The translations under genes were made by a program, and so were the position numbers. DNA of 63,416 nucleotides, counting the filler, from Octopus bimaculoides (lineage: Eukaryota): NCBI RefSeq assembly GCF_001194135.2. It is 5 parts of 5 records of this genome, joined end to end, with 100 filler letters (N's around TTAATTAATTAA, not from the genome) between each part and the next. Parts side by side here need not be neighbours in the genome. Positions count along the whole stretch, not along the records: positions 1 to 20,115 come from NC_069008.1; 4 more parts are not named here. The stretch is one strand, 5' to 3'. The notes under the pieces are model-generated. The model worked only from the letters and a program-made list of their open reading frames with translations, was not told the origin of the DNA and made no database searches. Below, in pieces: positions 1 to 12,291 of the stretch; within the stretch, counting starts at the first letter, position 1; the number at the start of each line of letters is the position of its first letter.

Positions 1-19
1 ATATATATATATATATATA

Positions 20-215
20 TATACATACATACATACATATGTGTGTGTGTGTGTGTATACAACGAGATTCATCCAGTTTCCATCTATACTAAATCCACTC
101 ACAAAGCTTTGGTCGGCGCAAGGCAATAGTTGAAAACATTTGCCCAAAGTGCCATGCAGTGGGACTGAACCAGGACCCCTGTGGTTGGAAGCAAGCTTCT
201 TACCACACAGCCACA
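20..215 (-). mobile_element. SINE family A (tRNA head + CORE-like), partial
   Basis: Reverse complement of gctgtgtggtaagaagcttgcttccaaccac...ttgggcaaatgtttt...gtgagtggatttagtat. Confidence 0.85.
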
Positions 216-382
216 GCCTAGAATGATCATATAAAAAAATATAATGAATAAATTGGTAACTTTTAACGTGTCATCTGTTACCTCAGTCATTAAATACCCT
301 GTTCTAAAAGAAAAAGAGAAATGAAGTGGTTGTTAGTAGCAAGCAACTCTCTGATTAAGTCAACAGCATATGTCACCTACAA

Positions 383-844
383 CACTATGTAACAAAATTT
401 TCATTTTCATTTGGTCAGTAAGTGATATTTCTTATTCGCTTTTATCTAGAAATTAAAAGCAATTACTGTTCCCTTCAAACTTAGCCTTTGCCACCTGGAC
501 ATCTATGTTTCAAAATTGACCCATTTTACATTTCATTTCAGACAAGTTCAGCACTGAGTTGCTGAAGCAGAAATATCATTAAGCAAATTATTCTGCTCAA
601 TGCAACCTATTTGCTAAATCTTAATCACTTGAGCATGTCCCTTAGTGGCTGACAATATGTGTATCTTTGATGATGAGCAGGTGTAGTTGGGGAGCATCAC
701 AGCCATGTGTTGACAGGAATTCTTTGGGGTTTTAATAAATATCATAACAAAAGCAAAGTTTGGAGAAAATTTTCATACTTTCTAGGAGTCAGCAAACAGG
801 AAATAACAGTTGCTACCCCAGGACAAAAATCGTGTTACATAGTG
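383..844 (+). mobile_element. ~460-bp MITE, probable Tc1/mariner superfamily
   Basis: Terminal inverted repeat CACTATGTAAC (383) / GTTACATAGTG (ends 844), TA on the right; homologous over its length to 7382-7858. Confidence 0.7.
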
Positions 845-1039
845 TAATTAACAAAATGTCATCAAAAAACTGCTCGGAAATGAACATCTAATGGGTGAAT
901 CCTTTTACTTATTTGCTGGGCTTTGATTTGTTGGGGAGGGTATTTTATACTAGAATTTTGTAATTTGAACATTTTAAGGAGTTATTAAAAATAGCACCTT
1001 TAACTAAGGAAATATACACCTTTCTTTTTTATATCAACA

Positions 1040-1685
1040 GGCATGGTTGTGTAGTTAAAAAGCTTGTTTTGCAACCATAAGGTTTTGGGTTCAGTTCCAC
1101 TGCACAGCACTTGGGCAAATATCTGTCTTTTACTATAACCCTAAGCAACCAAAGCCTTGTGAGTGAATTAGCCTGGCAGACACTTGTGTGGAAAGCTGTT
1201 ATGTGTATGTGTGCACATGTGAGCATATGTACATGTGAATGCATGTGTGTGTGCATGCATGTGCATATTTGTGTATGTGTGTGTGTACATGCATGTGTGC
1301 ACTTGCATGATTGTCCGCGTATATGTGTACCTGTGTGTGTGTGCATGTGTGCCTTGGACAAGTGTCTTCTAATATAGCATTGGGCCAACCAAAGCCTTGT
1401 GAGTGAGTTTGGTAGACGGAAACTGAAAGAGTTCGTTGTGTGTGTGTATATATATATATAAATATGTGTGTATCTTTGTGTCTATGTTTGTCTTCCACCA
1501 CTGCTTGATACCTGGTGTTGGTGTGTTTATGCCTCTATAACTTAGCAGTTTGGCAAAAGAAATTGATAGAATAAGAACCAGGCTTAAAAGGAAGTACTGG
1601 GGTCCATTCATTCAACTAAAAATTCTTCAAGGTAGTGCTCCAGCATAGCCACAGTCTAATGACTGAAACAAGTAAAAGATAAAAG
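1040..1685 (+). mobile_element. SINE family A, with expanded internal (TG)n and partial duplication
   Basis: tRNA-like head, ttgggcaa CORE-like block, internal microsatellite, tail gactgaaacaagtaaaaga. Confidence 0.85.
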
Positions 1686-2279
1686 ATATCTAGATATACA
1701 TAAAAGATTTCTTGTTGACTGAAATATTCACACACACACTCATATGCATGCATGTATACACACATACACACACACACACACACACACAAAGCAGTCTTCC
1801 ACACATATTTTTATATCCCTCAATCTTACACCCCATTCAGTCGAGCAAGTTGTGTCTTGGCAACCTCACCAGTGTTGGTACCACAGAAAAAAACACACCC
1901 AATATACACTGTAAAGTGGTTCATGTTAGGAAGGACATCCAAGCTGTAGAAACCATGACAGTGGTTTACTCAATATAACTGCAGTGGGCTTTCATACCTA
2001 TGAGCTTTCACTACCAACACATGCATCATATTACTTGACAATGAAAACACAGGTGTAGAACCTCAGACATTAAAATAGGTGAAAAAAATATACAAGATTT
2101 TTATGTCTTTAGTAAATATAGCTGAATGCCTCTGGAAGGTAGTGACAAGACTCAAATGGTTATGTGATATGAACAGGAAAGTGAATTGGTTGAAATTGAT
2201 AGCTTATACTGATCAATCAATTATGCTAAAAATGTAAACACACTGCAACCTACTTTAACTCTTTTCTTTTTTCTTTTAT

Positions 2280-2510
2280 TCTTTTACTTGTTTCAGTCAT
2301 TTGACTGCAGCCATGCTGGAGCACTGCCTTAAAGGGTTTTAGTCAAAGAAATTGACCCCCAGGACTTATTCTTTGTAAGCTTAGTACTTATTCTATCGGT
2401 CTCTTTTACCAAACTGCTAAATTACTAGGATGTAAACACACCAACATCGGTTGTCGAGCGATGGTGGGGGAACAAACAAGGTCACAAAAACCCACACACA
2501 TAAATATATA
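2280..2510 (-). mobile_element. SINE family A, 3' half
   Basis: cttttacttgtttcagtcatttgactgcagccatgctggagcac... block shared with other copies. Confidence 0.85.
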
Positions 2511-2525
2511 TATATATATATATAT

Positions 2526-2929
2526 CTTTTACTCTTTTACTTGTTTCAGTCATTTGACTTTGGCCATGCTGGAGCACCGCCTTTAGTCGAGCAAATCGAC
2601 CCTAAGACTTATTCTTTGGAAGCCTAGTACTTATTCTATCGGTCTCTTTTGCCGAACCGCTAAGTTACGGGGACGTAAACACACCAGCATCGGTTGTCAA
2701 GCGATGTTGGGGGGACAAACACAGACACACAAACATATACACGCACACACACATATACACATATATACGACGGGCTTCTTTCAGTTTCCGTCTACCAAAT
2801 CCACTCACAAGGCTTTGGTCGGCCCGAGGCTATAGTAGAAGACACTTGCTCAAGGTGCCACGCAGTGAGACTGAACCTGGAACCATGTGGTTGGTAAGCA
2901 AGCTACTTACCACACAGCCACTCCTACGC

Positions 2930-2931
<2 letters not shown>
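2526..2931 (-). mobile_element. SINE family A, full length, young (octopus OR-type, tRNA + CORE-like)
   Basis: Complete head-to-tail copy with most CpGs retained; closely matches 9388-9761, 13343-13742, 17697-18050 and 57148-57689. Family name is from memory. Confidence 0.9.
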
Positions 2932-2987
<56 letters not shown>

Positions 2988-4169
2988 GAAAGGCCTCTTC
3001 CAGTTTCTGTCTACCAAATCCACTCACAAGGCTTTGGTTGGCCTGAGACCACAGTAGAAGACACTTGCCCAATTTTGGAAATAATACAGAATTTAAAAAA
3101 ATAACCTTGTCATTATTTTACTAGTGTTAAGAACATAAATTATTATGAAATTTTGATGGAAGGTTCCTATTAAGATGATTTTTAAAACAAGGAATTCGTA
3201 TCATAGAACCAAGGGTGGTATTAGGCAGGGTGGCATCAAAAGGGTTAATGAAGGTGAACCTTTTAGAGTTTACACCTCTTACATTTAGGGTTTCATAACC
3301 TCAGCTGCAAGACAAGTATATGTCAGAAAGTTCAAGTCAGCTCATATGTTTCACTTCCTCTCTTTCTCTCATACACACACATTCTATCAACTTACATTTA
3401 CATATTAATGACTTGTAGGGCCGTTTAAGCAATGAGTTTGTGAATGATTAATGGGTTGGATGGGTACTGATGAAGGAGCAAAAACCCTTAAAATTTGTCA
3501 TGGATGCCCATTACCCAGTTTTCATCTTCAATCTCATTGTTTGTCTGCATCTGATGTCTTGGATACAAAATGTTGTCACAAAATCAGTGATGGCCATAAT
3601 TTCTATGGAAAACCTGTTGAGATAAGCCTAACAAGTGACTTACATTTTCTTACTATACAAATTCAGATCTTTCATATTTTATTTTTTACCTTTTGCCAAC
3701 CTGCTATGTCACGGGGACATAAACACACCAACACCGGTTGTCAAGCTTGTTTTGCTCATGTCCTCTTTGGTGCACTGCACTGGATTCTCCAGTGCAAGGG
3801 CCATTGCCACTACAAAAGTCGGTTGGTCATCTTCCAGTGCTCATCCTGCAGATGGGGCTAAACCAAGGACCCTCAACAAGACAAGAAGCCTCAAGAAAAT
3901 AAGATAGTGGGAAAGGAGCAAGTGTCTTGCTCTAGAGGTGAATACTTGGCTTGCCCGTCCAGGCAGAGTCTGTGTGTACCCTTGTCCCTTGTCTAGACAT
4001 CACATGATGGTTGTAAACATGCATCAGTCATATAAGTGAGGTTGTTTGCTGACAAAGAAAGCATCTTGGGTAAGTTTCTTCTACTATAGCCTCAGGCTAA
4101 CCAAAGCCTTGTGAGTGGATTTGGTAGACAGAAACTGGAAGACCATCGTGTGTATATTGTGTGTATATA

Positions 4170-4335
4170 TCATCATCATCATCATCATCATCGTTTAACG
4201 TCCGCTTTCCATGCTAGCATGGGTTGGACGATTTGACTGAGGACTGGTGAAACCGGATGGCAACACCAGGCTCCAGTCTGATTTGGCAGAGTTTCTACAG
4301 CTGGATGCCCTTCCTAACGCCAACCACTCAGAGAG
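4170..4335 (-). mobile_element. Family E non-autonomous retroelement 3' end (RTE-type tail with (GAT)n)
   Basis: Reverse complement of gttggcgttaggaagggcatccagctgtagaaac...ccaacccatgctagcatggaaagcggacgttaaacgatgatg; young, CpG retained. Confidence 0.8.
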
Positions 4336-4357
4336 TGTATATATATATATTGTTTAT

Positions 4358-5028
4358 TATGGAAGTTTTGACTTTAAGAGTCCCTCGTAGTGTGAGGCAT
4401 TTATGTATAGTAATGCTCTTAATATAAATAAATATATTTAAAGGGAATAATTAATAATTTTTCCCTTATGAGGTTTTTCACGCTGACTACTTGATAAATT
4501 CTTATAAAGATTTTATCCTATTTTTAAATTGTAAATTTAACCGGAATATATTCAGTGCTGAATTTATTCTGAATAAACTTGTGTACTGAGATGCAATTCA
4601 TAAAAGCCCGCCTCTTACTTAGATATATAATGAGTGAACAACTCTATGTACTATGTGGGATACATTTGGTGTTCGTCTGGTATGTTGATTTTTTTTTGTT
4701 CATTTTTTTTATGTGTCTTGATTATGCCTGCACTGACGATTAAAAAGTGCATTTTGTGCACTAATTATGAAATCAAATGATTTGCGGCTGAATCTGTTTT
4801 TAAGGTACTCGCTTCGAGAGTTGCATTCCCTTGCATTCGGTAAAATGTGTTTGCTATGGTAGTTTTGAATTTAAGAGTCCCTCATAACGTGAAGCATTTA
4901 TGTATAGTAATGCCCTTAATATAGATAAATATATTTAAAGGGAATAATTAATAATTTTTCCCTTATGAGGTTTTTCACGCTGACTACTTGATAAATTCTT
5001 ATAAAGATTTTATCCTATTTTTAAATTG
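4358..5028 (+). mobile_element. Penelope-like pseudo-LTR or retrozyme-like unit: 497-bp monomer plus ~174-bp terminal direct repeat
   Basis: 4358-4531 recurs at 4855-5028 with few mismatches; CpG-rich relative to its surroundings; contains a hammerhead fold. Confidence 0.65.
4728..4787 (+). ncRNA. Minimal type I hammerhead ribozyme fold, intact core
   Basis: Stem I ctgca/tgcgg; CUGACGA 4733-4739; stem II agtgca/tgcact plus taa/tta; GAAA 4769-4772; stem III tc/ga with aaat loop; AUU cleavage triplet 4780-4782. Confidence 0.7.
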
Positions 5029-5032
5029 CATT

Positions 5033-5077
<45 letters not shown>

Positions 5078-5959
5078 NNNNNNNNNNNNNNNNNNNNNNN
5101 NNNNNNNNNNNNNNNNNNNNNNNNNNNNNNNNNNNNNNNNNNNNNNNNNNNNNNNNNNNNNNNNNNNNNNNNNNNNNNNNNNNNNNNNNNNNNNNNNNNN
5201 NNNNNNNNNNNNNNNNNNNNNNNNNNNNNNNNNNNNNNNNNNNNNNNNNNNNNNNNNNNNNNNNNNNNNNNNNNNNNNNNNNNNNNNNNNNNNNNNNNNN
5301 NNNNNNNNNNNNNNNNNNNNNNNNNNNNNNNNNNNNNNNNNNNNNNNNNNNNNNNNNNNNNNNNNNNNNNNNNNNNNNNNNNNNNNNNNNNNNNNNNNNN
5401 NNNNNNNNNNNNNNNNNNNNNNNNNNNNNNNNNNNNNNNNNNNNNNNNNNNNNNNNNNNNNNNNNNNNNNNNNNNNNNNNNNNNNNNNNNNNNNNNNNNN
5501 NNNNNNNNNNNNNNNNNNNNNNNNNNNNNNNNNNNNNNNNNNNNNNNNNNNNNNNNNNNNNNNNNNNNNNNNNNNNNNNNNNNNNNNNNNNNNNNNNNNN
5601 NNNNNNNNNNNNNNNNNNNNNNNNNNNNNNNNNNNNNNNNNNNNNNNNNNNNNNNNNNNNNNNNNNNNNNNNNNNNNNNNNNNNNNNNNNNNNNNNNNNN
5701 NNNNNNNNNNNNNNNNNNNNNNNNNNNNNNNNNNNNNNNNNNNNNNNNNNNNNNNNNNNNNNNNNNNNNNNNNNNNNNNNNNNNNNNNNNNNNNNNNNNN
5801 NNNNNNNNNNNNNNNNNNNNNNNNNNNNNNNNNNNNNNNNNNNNNNNNNNNNNNNNNNNNNNNNNNNNNNNNNNNNNNNNNNNNNNNNNNNNNNNNNNNN
5901 NNNNNNNNNNNNNNNNNNNNNNNNNNNNNNNNNNNNNNNNNNATATATATATATATATA

Positions 5960-6235
5960 CACCATGGCCACAGTCAAATGACTGAAACAAGTACAAGATA
6001 AAAGAAATACACCTATGTGTGTGTCTGTGATTTTCCCCCACCACATTACCACTTGACAACCTACATTGGTGTTTTTATGTCCCCGTAACTTAGCGGTTTG
6101 ACAAAAGAGACTAATAGAATAAGTACTAAGCTTTAAAAAACTAAGTCCTGGGGTCGATTTCTCCAACTAAAACACTTCAAGGTAGTGCTCCAGTATGGCC
6201 ACAGTCAAATGCCTGACACAAGTAAAAGAATAAAA
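5960..6235 (+). mobile_element. SINE family A, 3' portions
   Basis: Two tail motifs catggccacagtcaaatgactgaaacaagta flanking a body segment. Confidence 0.8.
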
Positions 6236-6326
6236 ACAAAGATTACATTAGACAGAATAATCAGAATACTAAGAAGTTAAAAGGATCTAAAAGTCTTTCT
6301 CCAAAATTGCAATTAATTCATGTTCC

Positions 6327-6368
<42 letters not shown>

Positions 6369-6379
6369 CACCATCATCA

Positions 6380-6970
6380 TCATCATGTCCACTTTGCATG
6401 GATTGGACAGGGCTTACTGAGGTAGATTTCCGACAGTCAGATACCCTTCCTGTTACCAATCCTCACCTGCTTCTGAGCAAGGTAATATTTCTCATAGTTG
6501 GACAAGTTCTTGCAGCATATTGGAAATGGATGATATTCATTTACAAAAGTCACACGATATTAAGAGGAGACACAAACACACACACAAATATACATACATA
6601 CAGGACAACCCAGGACACTGAACCTTTCAAAGGAGATGACAAAGGACCCAGGTGTTTTGCTGTACTCAGGAAGACCCCCATCCTCCACAGCAGAAATGTT
6701 AAGGCTGCTCCCCACTGATGAAAAGGATTGGCCTGCAAGAGCCCTGTGCCAATTCCATGTAAAAGGCACTCATGCCAATGTCACATAGAAGGGCTTGTAC
6801 CAGTTAAAATGGTAAAAGCATCCAGCACACACACTGTAAAATGAGGTGTGTCCAACATTTCTTTTACACAAAGGACATTCAACCATAGAAACCATGCCAA
6901 AACAGGCAAATCAAGCCTAGGCAGCTCTCAAACTGGCCATCACCTGTCAAACCATCCAATCCACACATTT
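6380..6970. mobile_element. Two decayed family E segments in opposite orientation (6380-6600 minus; 6720-6970 plus)
   Basis: Shared catccagc...aaaccatgcc...catccaa motifs. Confidence 0.65.
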
Positions 6971-7139
6971 TTACACATATTTTTACATACATACACGTAA
7001 TTACACACTTTTACAGTGAATATGCTGAAGACCCATACTTTGAATAAAAAACAGAGGATGTACATTAAAATTGCAACAAATTTGGTGATGTTCATTTACT
7101 CGCATTAACTTGCTTTTTGTTATTTTTACTCTCAATCTA

Positions 7140-7381
7140 GTCGAGTGACCTACCCAAGCCAAAGCAACTCTTCCGTGCCAAATGTCCAAGTTTTCCATAG
7201 CAGTCATCATATCCCTCACCTTAACATCAAGTGTCTTTCACAAGTTGATCAATATATGCTCTTCTTGTTATGCCAATACCTGTGTGTCCATGTGCAGGTT
7301 TCCAGTAAAGGAGATTGTTGGATATTTCATCCTTGCTTTTCCAGCAATGTCTTGCATAACATATTCTTCTTTCTCTGATTA
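7140..7381 (-). mobile_element. RTE-type LINE, RT C-terminal fragment (3' part)
   Basis: VIRERRICYARHCWKSKDEISNNLLYWKPAHGH...YIDQLVKDT then RDMMTAMENLDIWHGRV, resembling the RTE RRLRFAGHCWR...YIDQL...DR..W tail. Confidence 0.75.
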
Positions 7382-7858
7382 CATTGTGCAACACAATTTT
7401 TGTCCTTGGGTAGCAACTGTTATTTCTTATTTGCTTACCCCTAGAAATTATGAAAATGGCTAATACCTCCTTCAAACTTTGCTTTTGTCACATTCATTCA
7501 AGCCCCCAAAGAATTCCTCTCAACACATGCTCCTCTACTATTCCTGTTTATCATCAGAGATGCGCAGATTGTCAGTCACTAAGGGACACACTCAAGCAGT
7601 TATGGCCAAGAACTGACATGCAGACCTGTGGTATTGAGGAGACTATTTGCTATAACAATATTTCTGCTTCAGCAACTCAGTGCTGAACTTGTCTGAAATG
7701 TAATGGAAAATAGGTCAGTTTGAAAACATTGATGTCCAGGTGACAAAAACAAAGTTTGAAGGTCATAGCAGTGATTTCCTTTGATTTCTTGATAGAAGCA
7801 AATAGAAAATAACACTTACTGACCAAAGACAGAAAAATGAAAATTTTGTTATACAGAG
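7382..7858 (-). mobile_element. Second copy of the MITE, inserted in an RTE LINE
   Basis: Reverse-complement homology to 383-844 with decayed TIRs; interrupts RTE reading-frame remnants on both sides. Confidence 0.7.
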
Positions 7859-8030
7859 TTATCAAAGTGATGGTAGGAAAACTGCCAAACAGTCGCTGCT
7901 TTGTAGGATGTTGCTGCCAAGAAAGACTGAGAACTGCACAAAGCATTCTTGTGTATGAACCATCAAGCATTTTCCCAAGTCTCTTGTTCAGTCAGTATCC
8001 ATGATGAAGAGTCATAGAGAAGTACCCTAA
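7859..8030 (-). mobile_element. RTE-type LINE fragment (5' part of the same copy)
   Basis: LDGSYTRMLCAVLSLSWQQHPTKQRLFG resembles RTE LDGxYTRMLRxxLNxSWxxHxTxxxLYG. Confidence 0.75.
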
Positions 8031-8049
8031 ACAACTATTTCTTTCATTT

Positions 8050-8290
8050 CTTTTACTTGCTTCAGTCATTTGACTGTGGCCATGCTGGAGCACTGCACTG
8101 AAGCTTTTTAGTCAAACAAATCAACCCCAAGACTTATTTTTTTAAGTCTAGTACTTACTCTGTCGGTCTCTTTTTTGCCAAACTGCTAAGCTACAGGGGA
8201 TGTAAACACACCAACACCAGTTGTCAAGTGGTGGTGGAGGACAAACATAGACACAAAGACACACACACATAAATATATACATACATATAT
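8050..8290 (-). mobile_element. SINE family A, 3' half
   Basis: Shared body and tail sequence, CpG-decayed. Confidence 0.85.
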
Positions 8291-8510
8291 ATATATATCA
8301 TTGTTAAAGATGACAACAAACGTTAAGGTAAGGCAAGAGATGTTTACGTTGCCTGAACATTTGTTTAACAATTATATATCCGCTATATCGGAAATCTGCA
8401 ATAGCTCCATAACTACTGCCTCAGCTACAACCTTGGAGCCCTAGTAATCCATTACAGCACTTACCTAGCATGCCTAATCGTTTAGATCACCTGTGAACTA
8501 ACCCCCATAC

Positions 8511-8594
<84 letters not shown>

Positions 8595-9387
8595 NNNNNN
8601 NNNNNNNNNNNNNNNNNNNNNNNNNNNNNNNNNNNNNNNNNNNNNNNNNNNNNNNNNNNNNNNNNNNNNNNNNNNNNNNNNNNNNNNNNNNNNNNNNNNN
8701 NNNNNNNNNNNNNNNNNNNNNNNNNNNNNNNNNNNNNNNNNNNNNNNNNNNNNNNNNNNNNNNNNNNNNNNNNNNNNNNNNNNNNNNNNNNNNNNNNNNN
8801 NNNNNNNNNNNNNNNNNNNNNNNNNNNNNNNNNNNNNNNNNNNNNNNNNNNNNNNNNNNNNNNNNNNNNNNNNNNNNNNNNNNNNNNNNNNNNNNNNNNN
8901 NNNNNNNNNNNNNNNNNNNNNNNNNNNNNNNNNNNNNNNNNNNNNNNNNNNNNNNNNNNNNNNNNNNNNNNNNNNNNNNNNNNNNNNNNNNNNNNNNNNN
9001 NNNNNNNNNNNNNNNNNNNNNNNNNNNNNNNNNNNNNNNNNNNNNNNNNNNNNNNNNNNNNNNNNNNNNNNNNNNNNNNNNNNNNNNNNNNNNNNNNNNN
9101 NNNNNNNNNNNNNNNNNNNNNNNNNNNNNNNNNNNNNNNNNNNNNNNNNNNNNNNNNNNNNNNNNNNNNNNNNNNNNNNNNNNNNNNNNNNNNNNNNNNN
9201 NNNNNNNNNNNNNNNNNNNNNNNNNNNNNNNNNNNNNNNNNNNNNNNNNNNNNNNNNNNNNNNNNNNNNNNNNNNNNNNNNNNNNNNNNNNNNNNNNNNN
9301 NNNNNNNNNNNNNNNNNNNNNNNNNNNNNNNNNNNNNNNNNNNNNNNNNNNNNNNNNNNNNNNNATATATATATATATATATATATA

Positions 9388-9761
9388 CATGAGTGGCTGT
9401 GTGGTAAGTGGCTTGCTCACCAACCACATGGTTCCGGGTTCAGTCCCACTGTGTGGCATCTTGGGCAAGTGTCTTCTTCTATAGCCTCGGGCCGACCAAA
9501 GCCTTGTGAGTGGATTTGGTAGACGGAAACTGAAAGAAGCCCATCGTATATATGTATATGTATATATATGTGTGTGTTTGTGTGCCTGTGTTTGTCCCCC
9601 CAACATTGCTTGACAACTGATGCTGGTGTGTTTACGTCCCTGTAACTTAGCGGTTCGGTAAAAGAGACCGATACAATAAGTACTAGGGTCCTGGGGTTGA
9701 TTTGCTCGACTAAAAGTGATGCTCCAACATGGCCACAGTCAAATGACTGAAACAAGTAAAA
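9388..9761 (+). mobile_element. SINE family A, full length
   Basis: Head gagtggctgtgtggtaag to tail gactgaaacaagtaaaa. Confidence 0.9.
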
Positions 9762-10139
9762 TCGTCAAACCCATGCTAGCATGAAAAGCGGACGTTAAAC
9801 GACGATGATACTCTTTTACTCTTTTACTTGTTTCAGTCATTTAACTGTGGCCATGCTGGAGCACCACCTTGAAGAATTTTTAGTGACTTAGACAAGAGTG
9901 GAGACAGAAGAGGTAATTTTTCAAAATATATCCTTTTTTTCTTTTATCTTTTATCTGTTTCAGTCATTAGACTAGTCTATCCTGCCGAACTGCTAAGTTA
10001 CAGGAATGTAAATAAACCAACACTAGTTATCAAATGGTGGTGGGAGACGAACCCAGACACAAAGACACACACTCATATATACTAGCTGGACCCGTGAAAA
10101 ATTCACGAAAATTAAAAATGTAAGCATCTGTAAACAGTG

Positions 10140-10320
10140 TACTGGTGCCATGAGAAATGTTTGTATATTATGACCAACTGTCTACATTCTGAGTTCAAAT
10201 TCTGCTGAGGTCGACTTTGCCTTTCGTCCTTTGGGGCTCGATAAATTAAGTACCAGTTGTGTACTGAGATCGATCTAATCAACTGCTCCCTTTCCCCACA
10301 AACATTTCAGGTCTAGAAAA
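10140..10320 (+). mobile_element. SINE family B (tRNA head + gtcgactttgcctttcatcctttcggggtcgat central domain)
   Basis: ttctgagttcaaattctgctgaggtcgactttgcctttcgtcctttggggctcgataaattaagtaccag; CpG-decayed. Confidence 0.8.
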
Positions 10321-12249
10321 GTATATTGTGACAGTGACAGAATATAGAAAGTAATGTAACACCAATGACTATATAGTCCAACCAAAATATCTGTTACACA
10401 AACGTCAACGGAATTACTATTCAGCCTTAAAATACATCGTACATATTCAAAGAACCTTCTTGGTTTAGTTACGGTGGCCATGCTAGAGCACCACCCTTTA
10501 GTCGATGAAATTAACCCCTGGACTTATTCCCTGTAAGCCTGATGCTTGTTCTACCAGTCTCTTCTGCTGAACAGCTAAATTACAGGGACACAAACGCACC
10601 AACATTGGTGTGAAGTAATGATGGTGGTGGGACACACACACACACACATACATACATGATGGGCTTGGAAGTAGTGGTGATGCTGGCTGGTGCGATTTTG
10701 TGGTTTGGTGGTATGCCGAGAGATTCAGCGCAATCATATACATACAAGCATACACAGACAGACAGTAAGTGTCAGATAGTCCACGACAAAGTTTTCACCT
10801 CTCTCTCTCTCTCTCCCTCTCTCTCTTCCTACCTGTTGCTTTGTCACTGACTGGAATTGTTTTAGTTGTCTTCAAAAGTGAAATTGACATCCANNNNNNN
10901 NNNTGGTGGGACACACACACACACACATACATACATGATGGGCTTGGAAGTAGTGGTGATGCTGGCTGGTGCGATTTTGTGGTTTGGTGGTATGCCGAGA
11001 GATTCAGCGCAATCATATACATACAAGCATACACAGACAGACAGTAAGTGTCAGATAGTCCACGACAAAGTTTTCACCTCTCTCTCTCTCTCTCCCTCTC
11101 CCTCCCTCTCCCTCTCTCTCTCTCCCTCTCTCTCTTCCTACCTGTTGCTTTGTCACTGACTGGAATTGTTTTAGTTGTCTTCAAAAGTGAAATTGACATC
11201 CAATATTTGCTGTGTGTAAGTATCTACTGATTTAAGTATCTACTGTCACTCTCTCTTTCTCTTTCACTTCCTTTCTGTCCCTCTTCTCCTGCTTTTTTGA
11301 TTTAACAACGTGTATATGTATCTACTTCTCTTGCGATGAACTCCGTCACCACTCACTAACTCTTTCAATCTCTCTTTCTCACTCACTTTTTCTCTCTCTC
11401 TCTCACTCACTCTTTTTCTCTCTTAGGTCCTCTCTGAAACATCTAAAAAAACAAAATGAACACCATCACCACTCACTGTCTCTTTCACTATCTCTGTCTT
11501 TCTCTCTTACTTCCTCTCTGTCCTCCTCTCTCTCGCTTTGCCACTTCTTTGAAATGTGACACACACCACAGGTACATACAAAAACAAGAGGCTAGTGTAT
11601 TAATATTATTGACATATATGAATATATATATATATATATANNNNNNNNNNNNNNNNNNNNNNNNNNNNNNNNNNNNNNNNNNNNNNNNNNNNNNNNNNNN
11701 NNNNNNNNNNNNNNNNNNNNNNNNNNNNNNNNNNNNNNNNNNNNNNNNNNNNNNNNNNNNNNNNNNNNNNNNNNNNNNNNNNNNNNNNNNNNNNNNNNNN
11801 NNNNNNNNNNNNNNNNNNNNNNNNNNNNNNNNNNNNNNNNNNNNNNNNNNNNNNNNNNNNNNNNNNNNNNNNNNNNNNNNNNNNNNNNNNNNNNNNNNNN
11901 NNNNNNNNNNNNNNNNNNNNNNNNNNNNNNNNNNNNNNNNNNNNNNNNNNNNNNNNNNNNNNNNNNNNNNNNNNNNNNNNNNNNNNNNNNNNNNNNNNNN
12001 NNNNNNNNNNNNNNNNNNNNNNNNNNNNNNNNNNNNNNNNNNNNNNNNNNNNNNNNNNNNNNNNNNNNNNNNNNNNNNNNNNNNNNNNNNNNNNNNNNNN
12101 NNNNNNNNNNNNNNNNNNNNNNNNNNNNNNNNNNNNNNNNNNNNNNNNNNNNNNNNNNNNNNNNNNNNNNNNNNNNNNNNNNNNNNNNNNNNNNNNNNNN
12201 NNNNNNNNNNNNNNNNNNNNNNNNNNNNNNNNNNNNNNNNNNNNNNNNN

Positions 12250-12289
<40 letters not shown>

Positions 12290-12291
<2 letters not shown>

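Noticed and set aside
282-298. 17-nt microexon-like segment (minus) with good acceptor and gtaac donor
   Set aside because: No frame matches the expected PTH2 continuation; no other support.
3421-3613. Minus frame VFHRNYGHH*FCDNIL with in-frame TGA (possible selenocysteine) or PTH2 IQD-like motif
   Set aside because: No selenoprotein family resemblance, no SECIS seen, and the PTH2 DAGRTQ motif is absent.
4237-4252. CTGAGGA-ctggt-GAAA hammerhead-like core
   Set aside because: No stem II, no stem I/III pairing; lies in the variable part of a family E tail.
8465-8490. 26-nt minus segment between ttcacag and gtaagt
   Set aside because: Stop codons in all three frames and no PTH2 match; at most a cryptic exon.
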